Positions 1 through 11,318 of a DNA stretch of 64,000 nucleotides are shown in pieces. The position numbers were made by a program, and so were the translations under genes. The stretch is from positions 1,426,001-1,490,000 of the forward strand of contig JAUPSS010000002.1 of NCBI GenBank assembly GCA_040285825.1, in the 5' to 3' direction. The DNA comes from Eukaryota sp. TZLM1-RC (Eukaryota > Protista > Metamonada: BaSk clade). The notes under the pieces are model-generated. The model did not search any database. It was given only the letters and a program-made list of their open reading frames with translations, and was not told the origin of the DNA. The stretch's first letter is position 1; each line of letters starts with the position of its first letter.

Positions 1-240
1 GGGTTGCACTTTTTTGAAAATTTCAAAAGTGTTACTGAATAGGTCTGGTAAAACAATGAATTCCACTTTCGGGTAAAATAGAATTGTTTTTTGCATTTTC
101 AAGTCTATTCCAACAATGATTTCAAAGGCACTTTTAGCTATTGGTGTAGAATATGAACGTAATGCTGTGAGTAGGTTTAGTAATAGTGAAGCTTGTTTGG
201 AGGATATTGAATTCTAGATGAGTTTGATTCTTATTTCAAT
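1..240 (+). mobile_element. 3' end of RLE non-LTR retrotransposon, family B (frameshifted)
   Basis: Encodes ...IVFCIFKSIPTMISKALLAIGVEYERNAVSRFSNSEACLEDIEF*, near-identical to the C-terminus of ORF 42998..43705 and to 15010-15143; followed by TCAATAAA. Confidence 0.85.
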
Positions 241-439
241 AAATTAAATTTTATTCAAAAAAAAAAGATTTTGATAGAATCAACATTCTGCTTTTTTGCC
301 TTTTGCTTTTTTCGTTCTGTTGTTGGTTTGCACACTCTACTAAGTTGCCATTTATCCAACGCTGAAGAAAGAAAATAAAAAAAATGAAGAACCGTTGACA
401 CATTTTGGTAGAGTCGAACACCTGAAATATCAGTTTGTG

Positions 440-690
440 ACGTTTGTTTTTTCTCTTTTTGGCAATGTTGGGCCTACTGGATTGCATTTCTTTGAAAATT
501 TCAAATATAGTTTTGCAAACAAGGTCTTGTAACTAGTTTAACTTTTCTTTCTGGTTAAATGAAGTTGTTTTTTTCACTTTAAAATCTATTCCAACAATGA
601 ACTTTAAAGTCCTTTTAGTTATTGGTGTGAAATATGAGCGAAATGTTGTGAACAGGTTTAGTAATTGTGATGCGTGTTAGAGGATATGTT
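440..690 (+). mobile_element. Degenerate second copy of RLE family B 3' region
   Basis: tctattccaacaatga...ttttagttattggtgtgaaatatgagcgaaatgttgtgaacaggtttagtaattgtgatgcgtgtt aligns to 103-200 with substitutions. Confidence 0.75.
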
Positions 691-706
691 CTTGGATTGA
701 TAAAAC

Positions 707-884
707 AATAGTGAGAATTGTCAATTTAGTAACAATTCTTCACAAAAGCTTTTCTATACAACTAAGCTCATTGTAATAGCTGAAGCCGGAATGAGAGGTA
801 ATGGAAGGCCTCAGTATCTGTGTAGTAGATAGATTTTGTAATTATTCCACACGAAAATTGATTGTGTATTTATGGCCAATTTCC
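707..884 (+). mobile_element. Fanzor family-1 3' end / putative omegaRNA right end, ending about 16-25 nt before the WW-gene ATG
   Basis: gctgaagccggaatgagaggtaatggaaggcctcagtatctgtgtagtagatag...aaaattgattgtgtatttatgg matches the end of the Fanzor at 11319 (minus strand) and 22465-22561. Confidence 0.85.
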
Positions 885-899
885 TATTTAATCTCTCTA

Positions 900-2753
900 A
901 TGGTTGATTGGGTTGCAGTAGTGGACAAGTCATCATCCCGTCTTTACTACTACTCACCCAAATCTCGTCAAGCCAGATGGCTCAAACCAGAGTCTGATTC
1001 TGTGTTGTATAGTCCTGAAGCAAAGTCTCTGTTATCAAGCACTACTTCGCTTTCATCCCCACCTCCTCCTTCTTCATGCTCACCTTCAGCTCCACAGTCT
1101 AAATTATCCATTGATCTCTCGCACAAAATCAAGGCTGCCTTCTTTAAATCATCAATAGGCCAGATAGGATCTTTGATGTCACTTTTCCTCTCTCAACTTG
1201 AAGAACGGTCGCTTCCTGAAATCCAATGTTTTTCTGGTACCTTCTACAGCCACTGGAACGCATGGTTGAAACGGTGCTCTCCATCACTGACTTTGCAGTT
1301 TATATCTCGCTTTTTAGAGTTTTCTTTTTCCCTAGCTTGCTCTCTCATTTCTTGCATCGATAATGCTGAAATTAATACTGATTTTCACTCTCCACCACCA
1401 GAGAACATCTCTTATGTAATTACTCTATTTCAAAGTGTTTTGAATTTATTAAAACAACTTTATTCGGCTGATTTGTTTACTCTTTTTTGCCAAGGCCAGC
1501 TTCACCTATCAGATTCTCTTTCTATCAACACCTTACAAATTCCTAGTAATTCTATACTGGGTCGATTTCTTTCTTGTTTTGTTTCATGTATTTGTTGTTG
1601 TAATGATAATAGTGAATTTAATTCAATAGCTTCCCAATTAATTAAACTTATATTCATCAAAATTGATTCACAATGGACAGGAGCTTTATTTTCAAAGATT
1701 TTTGTTGATTTTATCGTTGATTGCTGTTTAGAATCATTTTTGGATCAAAAAACTGCTATTATGAACCTTTTTGAGCTTGTTGATTGTGATTTTTCAATCA
1801 ACTTTGATGGTTTTGATTCTTTAATTTCTCTTGTTTGTGAACTACAACTAAATTCAAACCCCCACGATTCAGCAGATTTGAACAGAACCCCATCTATTTG
1901 TTCCCCACTAAGGCCAAGTACATTTTCTCCAACATTGTCTCTATCACCAAGGCCACCTCCTTTGGTAGAGAATTGTTTTCACTCATTTGTTCACAGGAAT
2001 TCAACAGAAGGGGTCATTAATCAGTTGACTTTGGTTGACTCCTTTTCTCTTGCTACTACTGGACGTCTTTCTGATGATCTTTTATTGGGGATGTGTCCTG
2101 CTTCTGGTACTTTTTTTGATTTGAAATCCCTTGTTATTTTTGTTTCAGAGAATGAATCCAATACTTACTCTCTACCATCATATACAAATTGTGCAAAGGT
2201 TTCTATTCCAAATCCCGTAGTTCCAGTCTCAAGAATTCTGTTGACTAGGTCAAAAAGCAACGTGACTTCCCCATCATTTTCTGATTTAGATATTGTTTAT
2301 ATAAAGCCAACCCACAAATTAAAAGCTAATCTGGAGTTTTTTTCTCATTTAAATAGTGTATTGCCTAAAACCAGTACCACTAAACGGTTAGTCATTCTTT
2401 CCTTTCTCTTGGACCCTTCCACTGATTCTCCTTCTGCTGCTATTGGTCTCAGATCTGCACATTCAATGGTTAAATTATCAAAGAAATGGGAGGAAGGTCT
2501 ACGGAAATCATTTAAGCAGTACAGAAAGCAGACTTGGATTAGAGAGTGTAATGTTGCTAAAAAAGAAGGATCAACTTTGCCAAAAAAGCCAGCTGACAAT
2601 GAAAACCCTCAAATGACTGATTTTGAGGAAGATTTGTTAAGTTTATTAGTGGATTTAGAGGTTGAATTATCAAAATTTAAAGAATTTGTTCTGAATCAAG
2701 AATGTTTTTTAGATAGAGTTTTCAACGGTGAGTATAGCGATTGCCTAGCTTAA
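900..2753 (+). CDS. N-terminal WW-domain protein, otherwise unknown
   Basis: WVAVVDKSSSRLYYYSPKSRQARWLKP fits the WW consensus. The ORF-track extension 801-899 is Fanzor-end DNA, so ATG900 is the likely start. Confidence 0.7.
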   Translation: MVDWVAVVDKSSSRLYYYSPKSRQARWLKPESDSVLYSPEAKSLLSSTTSLSSPPPPSSCSPSAPQSKLSIDLSHKIKAAFFKSSIGQIGSLMSLFLSQLEERSLPEIQCFSGTFYSHWNAWLKRCSPSLTLQFISRFLEFSFSLACSLISCIDNAEINTDFHSPPPENISYVITLFQSVLNLLKQLYSADLFTLFCQGQLHLSDSLSINTLQIPSNSILGRFLSCFVSCICCCNDNSEFNSIASQLIKLIFIKIDSQWTGALFSKIFVDFIVDCCLESFLDQKTAIMNLFELVDCDFSINFDGFDSLISLVCELQLNSNPHDSADLNRTPSICSPLRPSTFSPTLSLSPRPPPLVENCFHSFVHRNSTEGVINQLTLVDSFSLATTGRLSDDLLLGMCPASGTFFDLKSLVIFVSENESNTYSLPSYTNCAKVSIPNPVVPVSRILLTRSKSNVTSPSFSDLDIVYIKPTHKLKANLEFFSHLNSVLPKTSTTKRLVILSFLLDPSTDSPSAAIGLRSAHSMVKLSKKWEEGLRKSFKQYRKQTWIRECNVAKKEGSTLPKKPADNENPQMTDFEEDLLSLLVDLEVELSKFKEFVLNQECFLDRVFNGEYSDCLA

Positions 2754-2861
2754 TTAATTTTATTGACTTTAAAAGTTACCTTTGATTTCAATTTTCCCCA
2801 TGATAAAATCCTTTAATTTCAGAATAAATATGTACAATTTTCAAAAAAAACAATAGTTAGA

Positions 2862-4320
<1,459 letters not shown>

Positions 4321-4399
4321 AGAGATTTCTAAAGTTGCAAAGTGGAAAGTATCTCACATTTTGTTATATAGCATAGATCTTAAATTCTTTGGATCTCGA

Positions 4400-4600
4400 A
4401 TAATTTAACTAATTTACGAAAATAAATGCTGAAGAAAAAAAAATAGTGATTAGTTTTGGTGACTAGATTGTCAAAATCCATCGTGAAGAGAGAACAAGCT
4501 CCATCAGAGGTCTAGAACTGAGGAGAATTCTAACAAACTATTAGTGTTGAATTCTACTTGGAAAAAGAGTATCCTAGAATAGTATCAGTTCAACATGTAA
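4400..4600 (+). pseudogene. Degenerate Fanzor remnant, opposite strand
   Basis: IVISFGD* and SSIRGLELRRILTNY* resemble the ILMADY...PTRGIGWIQFL segment of the Fanzor at 11319-11864. Confidence 0.4.
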
Positions 4601-5204
4601 TGAATTCGTTCAAATGCGATGGAGCGACTAAACACAAAAAGATGGTTAAAATGAATCTGAACAATAGCTAAAAAGCAGCACTAAGATGCCATTAATTATC
4701 TTGAATTTCAATTCAAGAACTCAAACAAAATTGAAGTCAGAAAAGGGAAATACTCCATGACCACGGATTGCTGCACTGATAAAACAGTGACTATGGCGTC
4801 TTTTGGGAGAGGGATGCAAACAGTGCTGTACAAAAACCAAATGAATTACAAGGAGCAGTGAATATTGAAAAGACAGTTTGGAGAATTGTACATAAATAGT
4901 TTATCATTGGATAAAAAGATGCACTTCTTGAGGTTCAACTCTTTTCATTTGTGTACACATGTATGTACACTGGTTTACAAGGCTGGTCCAATTTACTGCA
5001 TCAATATTGATGATTGCAGGCAAAATTCAAACTAACACTGATGTAGTTACGAAAACATTAGTAAATACAATGTCTCAAATAAAAATTTATAAGTTTGAAA
5101 ATGCAACAATCAATTACTGACAAAAATGTGTCCCAAAAGAACTAGTTTCGAAAATTTCATAAAAGCACACAAAACACCAAAAAATAAATAAAAACAGAAA
5201 AGTT

Positions 5205-6164
5205 TCAATTAGGTAAATTATTTTCAACTTCAACCCAAAAATATTTGTCAACTGGAACTTCAAAATTTCCCACAAACACAAATCCACTAGAACCATTAGA
5301 ACTAAAATTCCAACTCAAATCAGCAAGATACAACTCTTTTAAAACTTCTGCTTCTCCATTCAAACCCAGTGGTAATCTCTTCTGCATGGAAGCACGTATT
5401 AACCTCTCCATTGGCCATTCAAATGGCTTGCCCACCTTGCTAAACATTATTTTTCCTGGTGCAAAATGGTGACCTGGATCAGTAGGAGAGGGGAAAAACG
5501 ACACCTCATAGCGAGAGTTCATATCTTCCAGGTACAGGACGGCTGATTCAAGTTTTCTGGAGAATGATATCAGTGGATCATCCAAAAAACTTTTCAAATC
5601 AAACTTGTAGCAAGGGTCGTTGGATAAACTCCACATGATTGTGAGCTTGGGGACAGTGTAGGTAACCTCACAGTGGGGTTTATATTGAAAGTTCAGTCCC
5701 TCTACTTTGAACGCTATTAAAAAAGTATCGCTAATTGACCTACTTTGAATATTATTTCTAGTTGTGCCATGAAATTCTGGCAATGGTCCATGAATTGACA
5801 AACCAACAAGAACACCGTGAAGATCACAGGGGACGGTCTTTCTGAGCTTCAAATATCCGAGATGAACTAACACAGCTACAAGATCAGAATCAGCAGTGTA
5901 GACATCTGATCCCCATAGTTGATGGTATAAAACATTTGGGTTGGAAGGTGTAAGGTATTGTCTATCTATAAAGCAGTAAACATGATGTCCCTCAGAAAGC
6001 TCGACCAAATCGGATATGAGGTACCCAGGTTGATAGACGAAAACAAGCGTTCCAGCATTTAAAGATTGTGCAAAATGGGCCGAATCCCTGTTGATGAAGT
6101 ATGATCCGAGAGTGCTTGTAACAGAACGATCGAAGTGTTGTGGTTCTCCATTTTGGTGATCCAT
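5205..6164 (-). CDS. Rxt3-like histone-deacetylase-complex protein
   Basis: QLWGSDVYTADSDLVAVLVHLGY and FHGTTRNNIQSRS Rxt3/LCCL-like motifs; WSLSNDPC as in plant/protist homologues. Confidence 0.8.
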   Translation of the reverse strand: MDHQNGEPQHFDRSVTSTLGSYFINRDSAHFAQSLNAGTLVFVYQPGYLISDLVELSEGHHVYCFIDRQYLTPSNPNVLYHQLWGSDVYTADSDLVAVLVHLGYLKLRKTVPCDLHGVLVGLSIHGPLPEFHGTTRNNIQSRSISDTFLIAFKVEGLNFQYKPHCEVTYTVPKLTIMWSLSNDPCYKFDLKSFLDDPLISFSRKLESAVLYLEDMNSRYEVSFFPSPTDPGHHFAPGKIMFSKVGKPFEWPMERLIRASMQKRLPLGLNGEAEVLKELYLADLSWNFSSNGSSGFVFVGNFEVPVDKYFWVEVENNLPN

Positions 6165-6499
6165 CAAAATCTATCTAATGTTTATTGTTGTATCTTTAAG
6201 AAAAGTGTGCCAGATTTGATTGACAGAATCAATATTTACTTATTTTTGACCATTTCCATATCAGCTTAATGGAAATCAACTTGTATCTCACACACAGTTG
6301 CACTTAAAGCAACTCATTATGATCATGTTGTTTAAAACTTCATCTGTTCATTTCAATTGCGTAATGTTTGGTAGTGTGTTTAATAACAAGAGTAACTGGC
6401 TCTCCATTAGAGTAGTTTGCTCATGTTGGAGGAATTTTATGGACTTTCACCATACCAAAATGTGCACTTTCGATTTAACTAGCACTGCCTTCTAAATTC

Positions 6500-7261
6500 T
6501 CTGGATGAACCACCGAAAAAGAAACGAAGATTAAAAAAAGTGAACATGATGCCAACAAAACCAGAGAAACATAATTGAAGGGCACTAAAAAATGCCCCGT
6601 CGAAATTATACCTGAAAGGCCCCTTATTGGCGTTGATCTGGGACAATCTAGATTATGTGGTTACTTCATAAATGATTATCAATGTGGAATTATCCCTTGT
6701 CCAACTGGCAGAAGATACGGGACAAGACCTTCACCTAGTAAACACTCCCCCAACCAATATTCCGTTCAAAATTTCAACCAATATTTGAACCATTGGAATT
6801 TGGTCAGGAGGAAAGTGTACTTGGAAAATAATCGCAGGAAATGGAAAATAATTAAATTTAATAACCGCAGACGAAAAGAGAGACGGTTCCGAGAGAGTCT
6901 CATCAAATTTCAAAGGCTGGCTGGACATCCTGAAAAACTCTACCTTGCTAAGGGTTCTGCTAATTTCCCTTCTCATTACCGAAAAGTCAATCGATATGGA
7001 TCAGCATGGGCTTTCAGAAAATGGTTGTGTTATCAAAACGATGTGAAGCACTTGTCAACCAGTGAATTTAATACAAGCAAACTGTCAAGTTGTTGCATGG
7101 CCGAGAATATTCATACAGGCTCATGGCAGATGCGTATTTGTACTGAGTGTCAAATAGTATATGACAGAGATATTTCCGCTACAAAAATTATTCAAATAAA
7201 GAAGAAAGCGGAGTTGTGGCCGGAAAGATACAATTGCCCAGAAGCGCTGTTGAAGAGATGA
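6500..7261 (+). mobile_element. Fanzor family-3 nuclease, 5'-truncated or frameshifted; RuvC triad intact
   Basis: ORF 6575..7261: IGVDLG (RuvC-I D), SEFNTSKLSSCC (RuvC-II E + Zn), ICTECQIVYDRDISA (Zn + RuvC-III D). An NLS-like PPKKKRRLKK lies just upstream in another frame. Confidence 0.85.
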
Positions 7262-7363
7262 GTGGGGAACCTGAGCATACAGAAACAAAAACTTTGGAAA
7301 AACTGATATTTTATTTTGATTTTTTCATTTTATTTTAATTTTTTTGGAAAAACTTTTGAGACC

Positions 7364-7707
7364 GATTTACAAATGCCTTAGTAGCATTTGGTAGATCCAC
7401 TTAGATACATCAAGTCGCGAGGCTTTGTTCTGTGAAAGCACTAGGTGTATTTAAGTGAGGTAGCCCATTGATGAAGATCATGATTGTCTTTGTCAAATGA
7501 TGCTACATGTCTCTTACAGCCTGTGAGTAGACATTGAGAAAGTTCAAAACAGGGGTGAATTTCACAGGGGAATGCATGATTAGTGAAATTCACAGTGGGA
7601 AGTTTGAATGAAGGTATCAAAAAGTATTCTGATGTTGCAAAATACTCTGTTCCTTTTCATTAGTGTACAAGACACCTATACCATTGTTATAGACATTACC
7701 TGTCAGA
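7364..7707 (+). ncRNA. Putative structured omegaRNA / right end between the Fanzor stop and the PSMD9 ATG
   Basis: Successive inverted repeats: 7364-7376/7384-7397, 7398-7411/7444-7457 (G-U compatible), 7507-7519/7521-7534, 7555-7565/7583-7593 (perfect 11 bp). Confidence 0.55.
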
Positions 7708-8304
7708 ATGTCTAACATCCATCTAGTAATCCAACAACGTGATGAAAAGGAGGCCCGTATCAAACAAATCATAAATCAACTAGAATCTAAATCACTAGGA
7801 GGAGGTGTTGATGCCCCACTAATTGATCAAGATGGCTATCCTCGGTCTGATCTTGACTTATATCAGGTAAGAAGTTTGAGAAATGAACTAGCGTGTCTAC
7901 GTACAGACGTAGAGCATTTAGACGAACAATTGTACATAGCTTTGCAGACATCGCTTCCTCCTTCATCAGAGGCCATCACAAATGATACCATACCTATAGA
8001 TGAAGAGGAAGAGTCTTTTCATGATCCTCCACTTTTTAAAATTGGAACTGTGGAACCTGGATCACCTGCTGCGGCTTGTGGATTACAAGATGAAGACATT
8101 GTTTTGAAATTTGGTTCCCTATCCTATTCATCATATTTAAGCTATTCATCTGTTGTTGCATCAGTGAGGGATATTGTCAGTAATAGAGTTGACAAAACTA
8201 TTGATGTGAAGGTCAAGAGAAACAATAGAATCTTAGATTTAGTTTTGCGACCTACAAAATGGGAAGGTGGAGGGTTTTTGGGTTGTCAAATAAAAACAAT
8301 TTAG
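7708..8304 (+). CDS. PSMD9: 26S proteasome assembly chaperone PSMD9/Nas2 (p27)
   Basis: PLIDQDGYPRSDLDLYQVRSLRNELACLRTD (Nas2_N), PDZ-like VEPGSPAAACGL, C-terminal PTKWEGGGFLGC. Confidence 0.95.
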   Translation: MSNIHLVIQQRDEKEARIKQIINQLESKSLGGGVDAPLIDQDGYPRSDLDLYQVRSLRNELACLRTDVEHLDEQLYIALQTSLPPSSEAITNDTIPIDEEEESFHDPPLFKIGTVEPGSPAAACGLQDEDIVLKFGSLSYSSYLSYSSVVASVRDIVSNRVDKTIDVKVKRNNRILDLVLRPTKWEGGGFLGCQIKTI

Positions 8305-8608
8305 GTGGTTAAATAGTTTAAATTAAAAGAACAATAATAGAAATAAATAGGTAACTTATTTCAGATTGGCTAATCTCCTCTTGCTTGTCGAAATGAACAA
8401 TATTTATGATTAAAATGGATAATATGCTGAATTCAGGCGCTGAACAAAAACATAATTGAAAATAAAAACTAATACAATCCAACAATCTTGATTCCACATT
8501 TTAGAGAACCCAAATACTTGTTTCATCGAATATCTACCAAATTCAACTAATTCAATTCACCACATAATTAAAAAAACTCTATTAAATGAACAAAAACAAA
8601 CTCTACAT

Positions 8609-10123
8609 TCATTTATTTTTCTTACCTTTCTTCTTTATTGTTTCAATTGTGAGATGTTTTTTCGGAAAGCCAACACCTAATAGCAGATCAGCAACTCTAT
8701 CAACTTGATTACCTTGAATTTGGACGACTTCTTGACCTTGAAAAGTGGTAACATTAGCAGCAACAGAAAAGGATTTTTTAAACATGTTGGCCATTTCCTC
8801 CAAGTTTAAAAGAAAAATATTTAAATTCGTTACTACAGTCACCACATGACCCCTAATCTTGGTAGTCTTGACTTGAACATTTTCTAAACTTCCCTTTTTA
8901 AAATAATTCTCCCCATTTTTCACGACCAGATAAAACTTTTTAGACCTTTGTTTAACATCATTCAGAAAAACATCAAAGCTAATGGGTGATGCAATGTTCA
9001 CCTGTATGCTGAATACATCGATCAATTGATTGACAATCACTTTCCTTTTGTCTTCTGGGAGTCTAAAACTCTTACAGATTTGTTCCAAGACTCTTTTCAA
9101 ATTAACTGCTGAAATTAATTTGTCATTTGTGAAATATTCAGAGTAATTTTGAAAAATACTATAATGAAATGGAGGTAAATAAAACTGCTCAACATTAGTG
9201 ATCAATGAAGTATCTTGAGGGTTTGATTCGACTGGGTCAAAAATCTGTTTGAATTCCAACGACTTTTTCTTAATTAATGACAAGTTAGACAAATGAATAG
9301 CAATCACACCATCAGAATTGGTTAAATCAAGCAAATTTTCAAGTTTCAGTGATTCGATTTGTCCCATGAGCTCCTTTTTCGAAAATTTCAATTCATCATC
9401 CAAAATTTGATTGTAAAGACTGACAAAACTTGACATTAACAAATTATTTGAAAACTTTTCATTCGCCTTAACCAAAGAAAAACAAAGAGCAGACAATTTT
9501 AATTCTTCAGTAATTGTAACAGCTTCTAAAGATTCATCTTCGTCTTCACCGAAACATTTGGAAGTATGAACGAATTGAAAATACTCACAAAAAACGTCCC
9601 CTACAACATTAACCACTATCAACAAAGTGCCACTCCGCTCATGAATCGCTTGCCCTCTTTTCTGGAGTACCCCCACCCCAACTGGTTGTTCAATGGACGG
9701 AAGGGTAATTGAAATGGGATAGTTGAAGGGCAGGGTGGTAGAGAGAGAAGTGAGGTCATGAACACCTTTGCTGAATAGATTAGCCCCGTTTTGAAGGTAT
9801 TGAATTGTTGCAGGGTTTATAGTAACTCGAGGCAGAAGCTGAGGGAAAAGAGAAAGAAGTGGAAGTGAAGGAACATAGCAATGTTTGTTGAATTGAATAA
9901 AAAGAGGTAAAGGTGAGGTAAAGCGTTCCATGGCAGCGACTACAGGGATTGGGGACGAGGACGACTTTGGTAGAGCTTCGAAGAGTCCTAACTTCTCTTT
10001 TTTGCATGGGAATAATTGGTTAACAGTTTCCTGATCAAGGTTGAGGTACGACTGTATTGAGAAGACATAATTCTTAAGGAAAGAGCCTTTAAGTGGATGA
10101 TTAAAGTGGATTGTGTGAAACAT
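8609..10123 (-). CDS. EIF2D: eIF2D/ligatin-like translation factor (PUA + SUI1)
   Basis: YVPSLPLLSLFPQLLPRVTI...LQNGANLFSKGV (pre-PUA/PUA) and C-terminal SUI1 VQIQGNQVDRVADLL; likely start MFHTI at 10123. Confidence 0.85.
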   Translation of the reverse strand: MFHTIHFNHPLKGSFLKNYVFSIQSYLNLDQETVNQLFPCKKEKLGLFEALPKSSSSPIPVVAAMERFTSPLPLFIQFNKHCYVPSLPLLSLFPQLLPRVTINPATIQYLQNGANLFSKGVHDLTSLSTTLPFNYPISITLPSIEQPVGVGVLQKRGQAIHERSGTLLIVVNVVGDVFCEYFQFVHTSKCFGEDEDESLEAVTITEELKLSALCFSLVKANEKFSNNLLMSSFVSLYNQILDDELKFSKKELMGQIESLKLENLLDLTNSDGVIAIHLSNLSLIKKKSLEFKQIFDPVESNPQDTSLITNVEQFYLPPFHYSIFQNYSEYFTNDKLISAVNLKRVLEQICKSFRLPEDKRKVIVNQLIDVFSIQVNIASPISFDVFLNDVKQRSKKFYLVVKNGENYFKKGSLENVQVKTTKIRGHVVTVVTNLNIFLLNLEEMANMFKKSFSVAANVTTFQGQEVVQIQGNQVDRVADLLLGVGFPKKHLTIETIKKKGKKNK

Positions 10124-10173
10124 TGAAACAAAACGGGAAATTCCCATAAGTACACAATCTATTTTCGTACAGA

Positions 10174-11294
10174 TAATGTATTTATTGAATTTGCACACTT
10201 AATTAAATTAAATCATAACTAATGGGACGACTATCATTGAACCAAGATTTCCTCTACAAAATCTTGATTTGCTTGCTGTCTAGCTAAAGCTTCTCTAATT
10301 CGATTGAAAAACCGCGGTAATCTATTAATAATGGCAAATTGAATCCGTGAACGCCATAAAAAAATATCAAATCTTTTCATTGTTTTTTCTTTCACCATTT
10401 TTTGGAAGTCATCCAAAAAAGTTTCTGCTTCAACTGATAATCTTCCATTTATCGAAAATGGAAAAGCAATAAAAACCAGCTGTGTATTTCTATCGATATT
10501 TGCATCTTCAATTTCTTTATCATATTTTCTATGTTTTTCTTTTGCTTTAAAATCCAGAGCAGCCACAGGATTAAGTTTTCTTCTGTGAACCAAAGTATCG
10601 TTTGCAACATTACATGAGACAAAGTCAACAATAGCTTCAGAATTATCAATCCAATCACAGTATACATCACCTCTATCATCAGAACCAAAATTATTCAGAG
10701 AAAGTGTTTCTTTCAGCAGGGGCTCTTTGATACACGATATCCTTGCAGTTTGTGCCATATTGAAAACAGTGTCTCTAACAGCATCATGTAATGAAGAACG
10801 ATAAGTTATCAATTTAGAGCAATTTAGAGCATGGCGCAAAGTGAGTTGAGGTGAATTCGAACAAATACATTTTTCTTTTGATAATAATTGGTTAATGGGG
10901 ATGTTCAAATATAATCTCATTTTTGTTACAAATGCTTCATTAGTAGCACACAATCCAAATCTTCGTGGTACAATGGTTACAAAAAGTGAAGAATCTGACA
11001 CCTTGTTTTCACAAACACCCTTTTCCAATAACAATGAGTGAAGATCTTGATTTAAAACAGCCGAGCTGCAAATATTATTATAAAGATCTTTTTCATACAT
11101 TCCAGTCAATCTTTTCTGTAATGTTCGAAGAGTGTACTTCAAATTTAAAACATTTTTTTCTGGAATATTGCCATTGAATGATTGGGGAAAACATCGACCC
11201 CATTTTTCTACATCAATTCTTGAAATTTCTTCATTTAATGCAAAAACAGTGGAACTTTGCGTTGTCATCAATAAATCTTCCCAATCTGCAAATC
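10174..11294 (-). mobile_element. 5'-truncated RLE non-LTR retrotransposon family A, inserted in a Fanzor right end, 11-bp TSD
   Basis: ORF 10234..11271: CxC...HALNC (Zn), RSSLHDAVRD, KEP, RGD..., VDF, KEKHRKY, FPFSINGRL = PD-(D/E)xK RLE domain; TTTCGTACAGA at 10163-10173 and 11295-11305. Confidence 0.9.
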
Positions 11295-11318
11295 TTTCGT
11301 ACAGAATATTTACAAAAA

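Noticed and set aside
251-487. Short ORF here and the many short antisense ORFs overlapping real genes
   Set aside because: Low-complexity or shadow frames with no motifs
801-899. ORF-track N-terminal extensions of the WW gene (also CDC5 3978-4061, eIF2D 10124-10198, 16466-16567, 47182-47229)
   Set aside because: They run through transposon-end or upstream DNA, or start at non-ATG codons; recognisable protein sequence begins at the downstream ATG
6298-6495. F-box-like WLSIRVVCSCWRNF upstream of the Fanzor, as a possible fusion
   Set aside because: Short, non-ATG start, separated by stops; insufficient evidence
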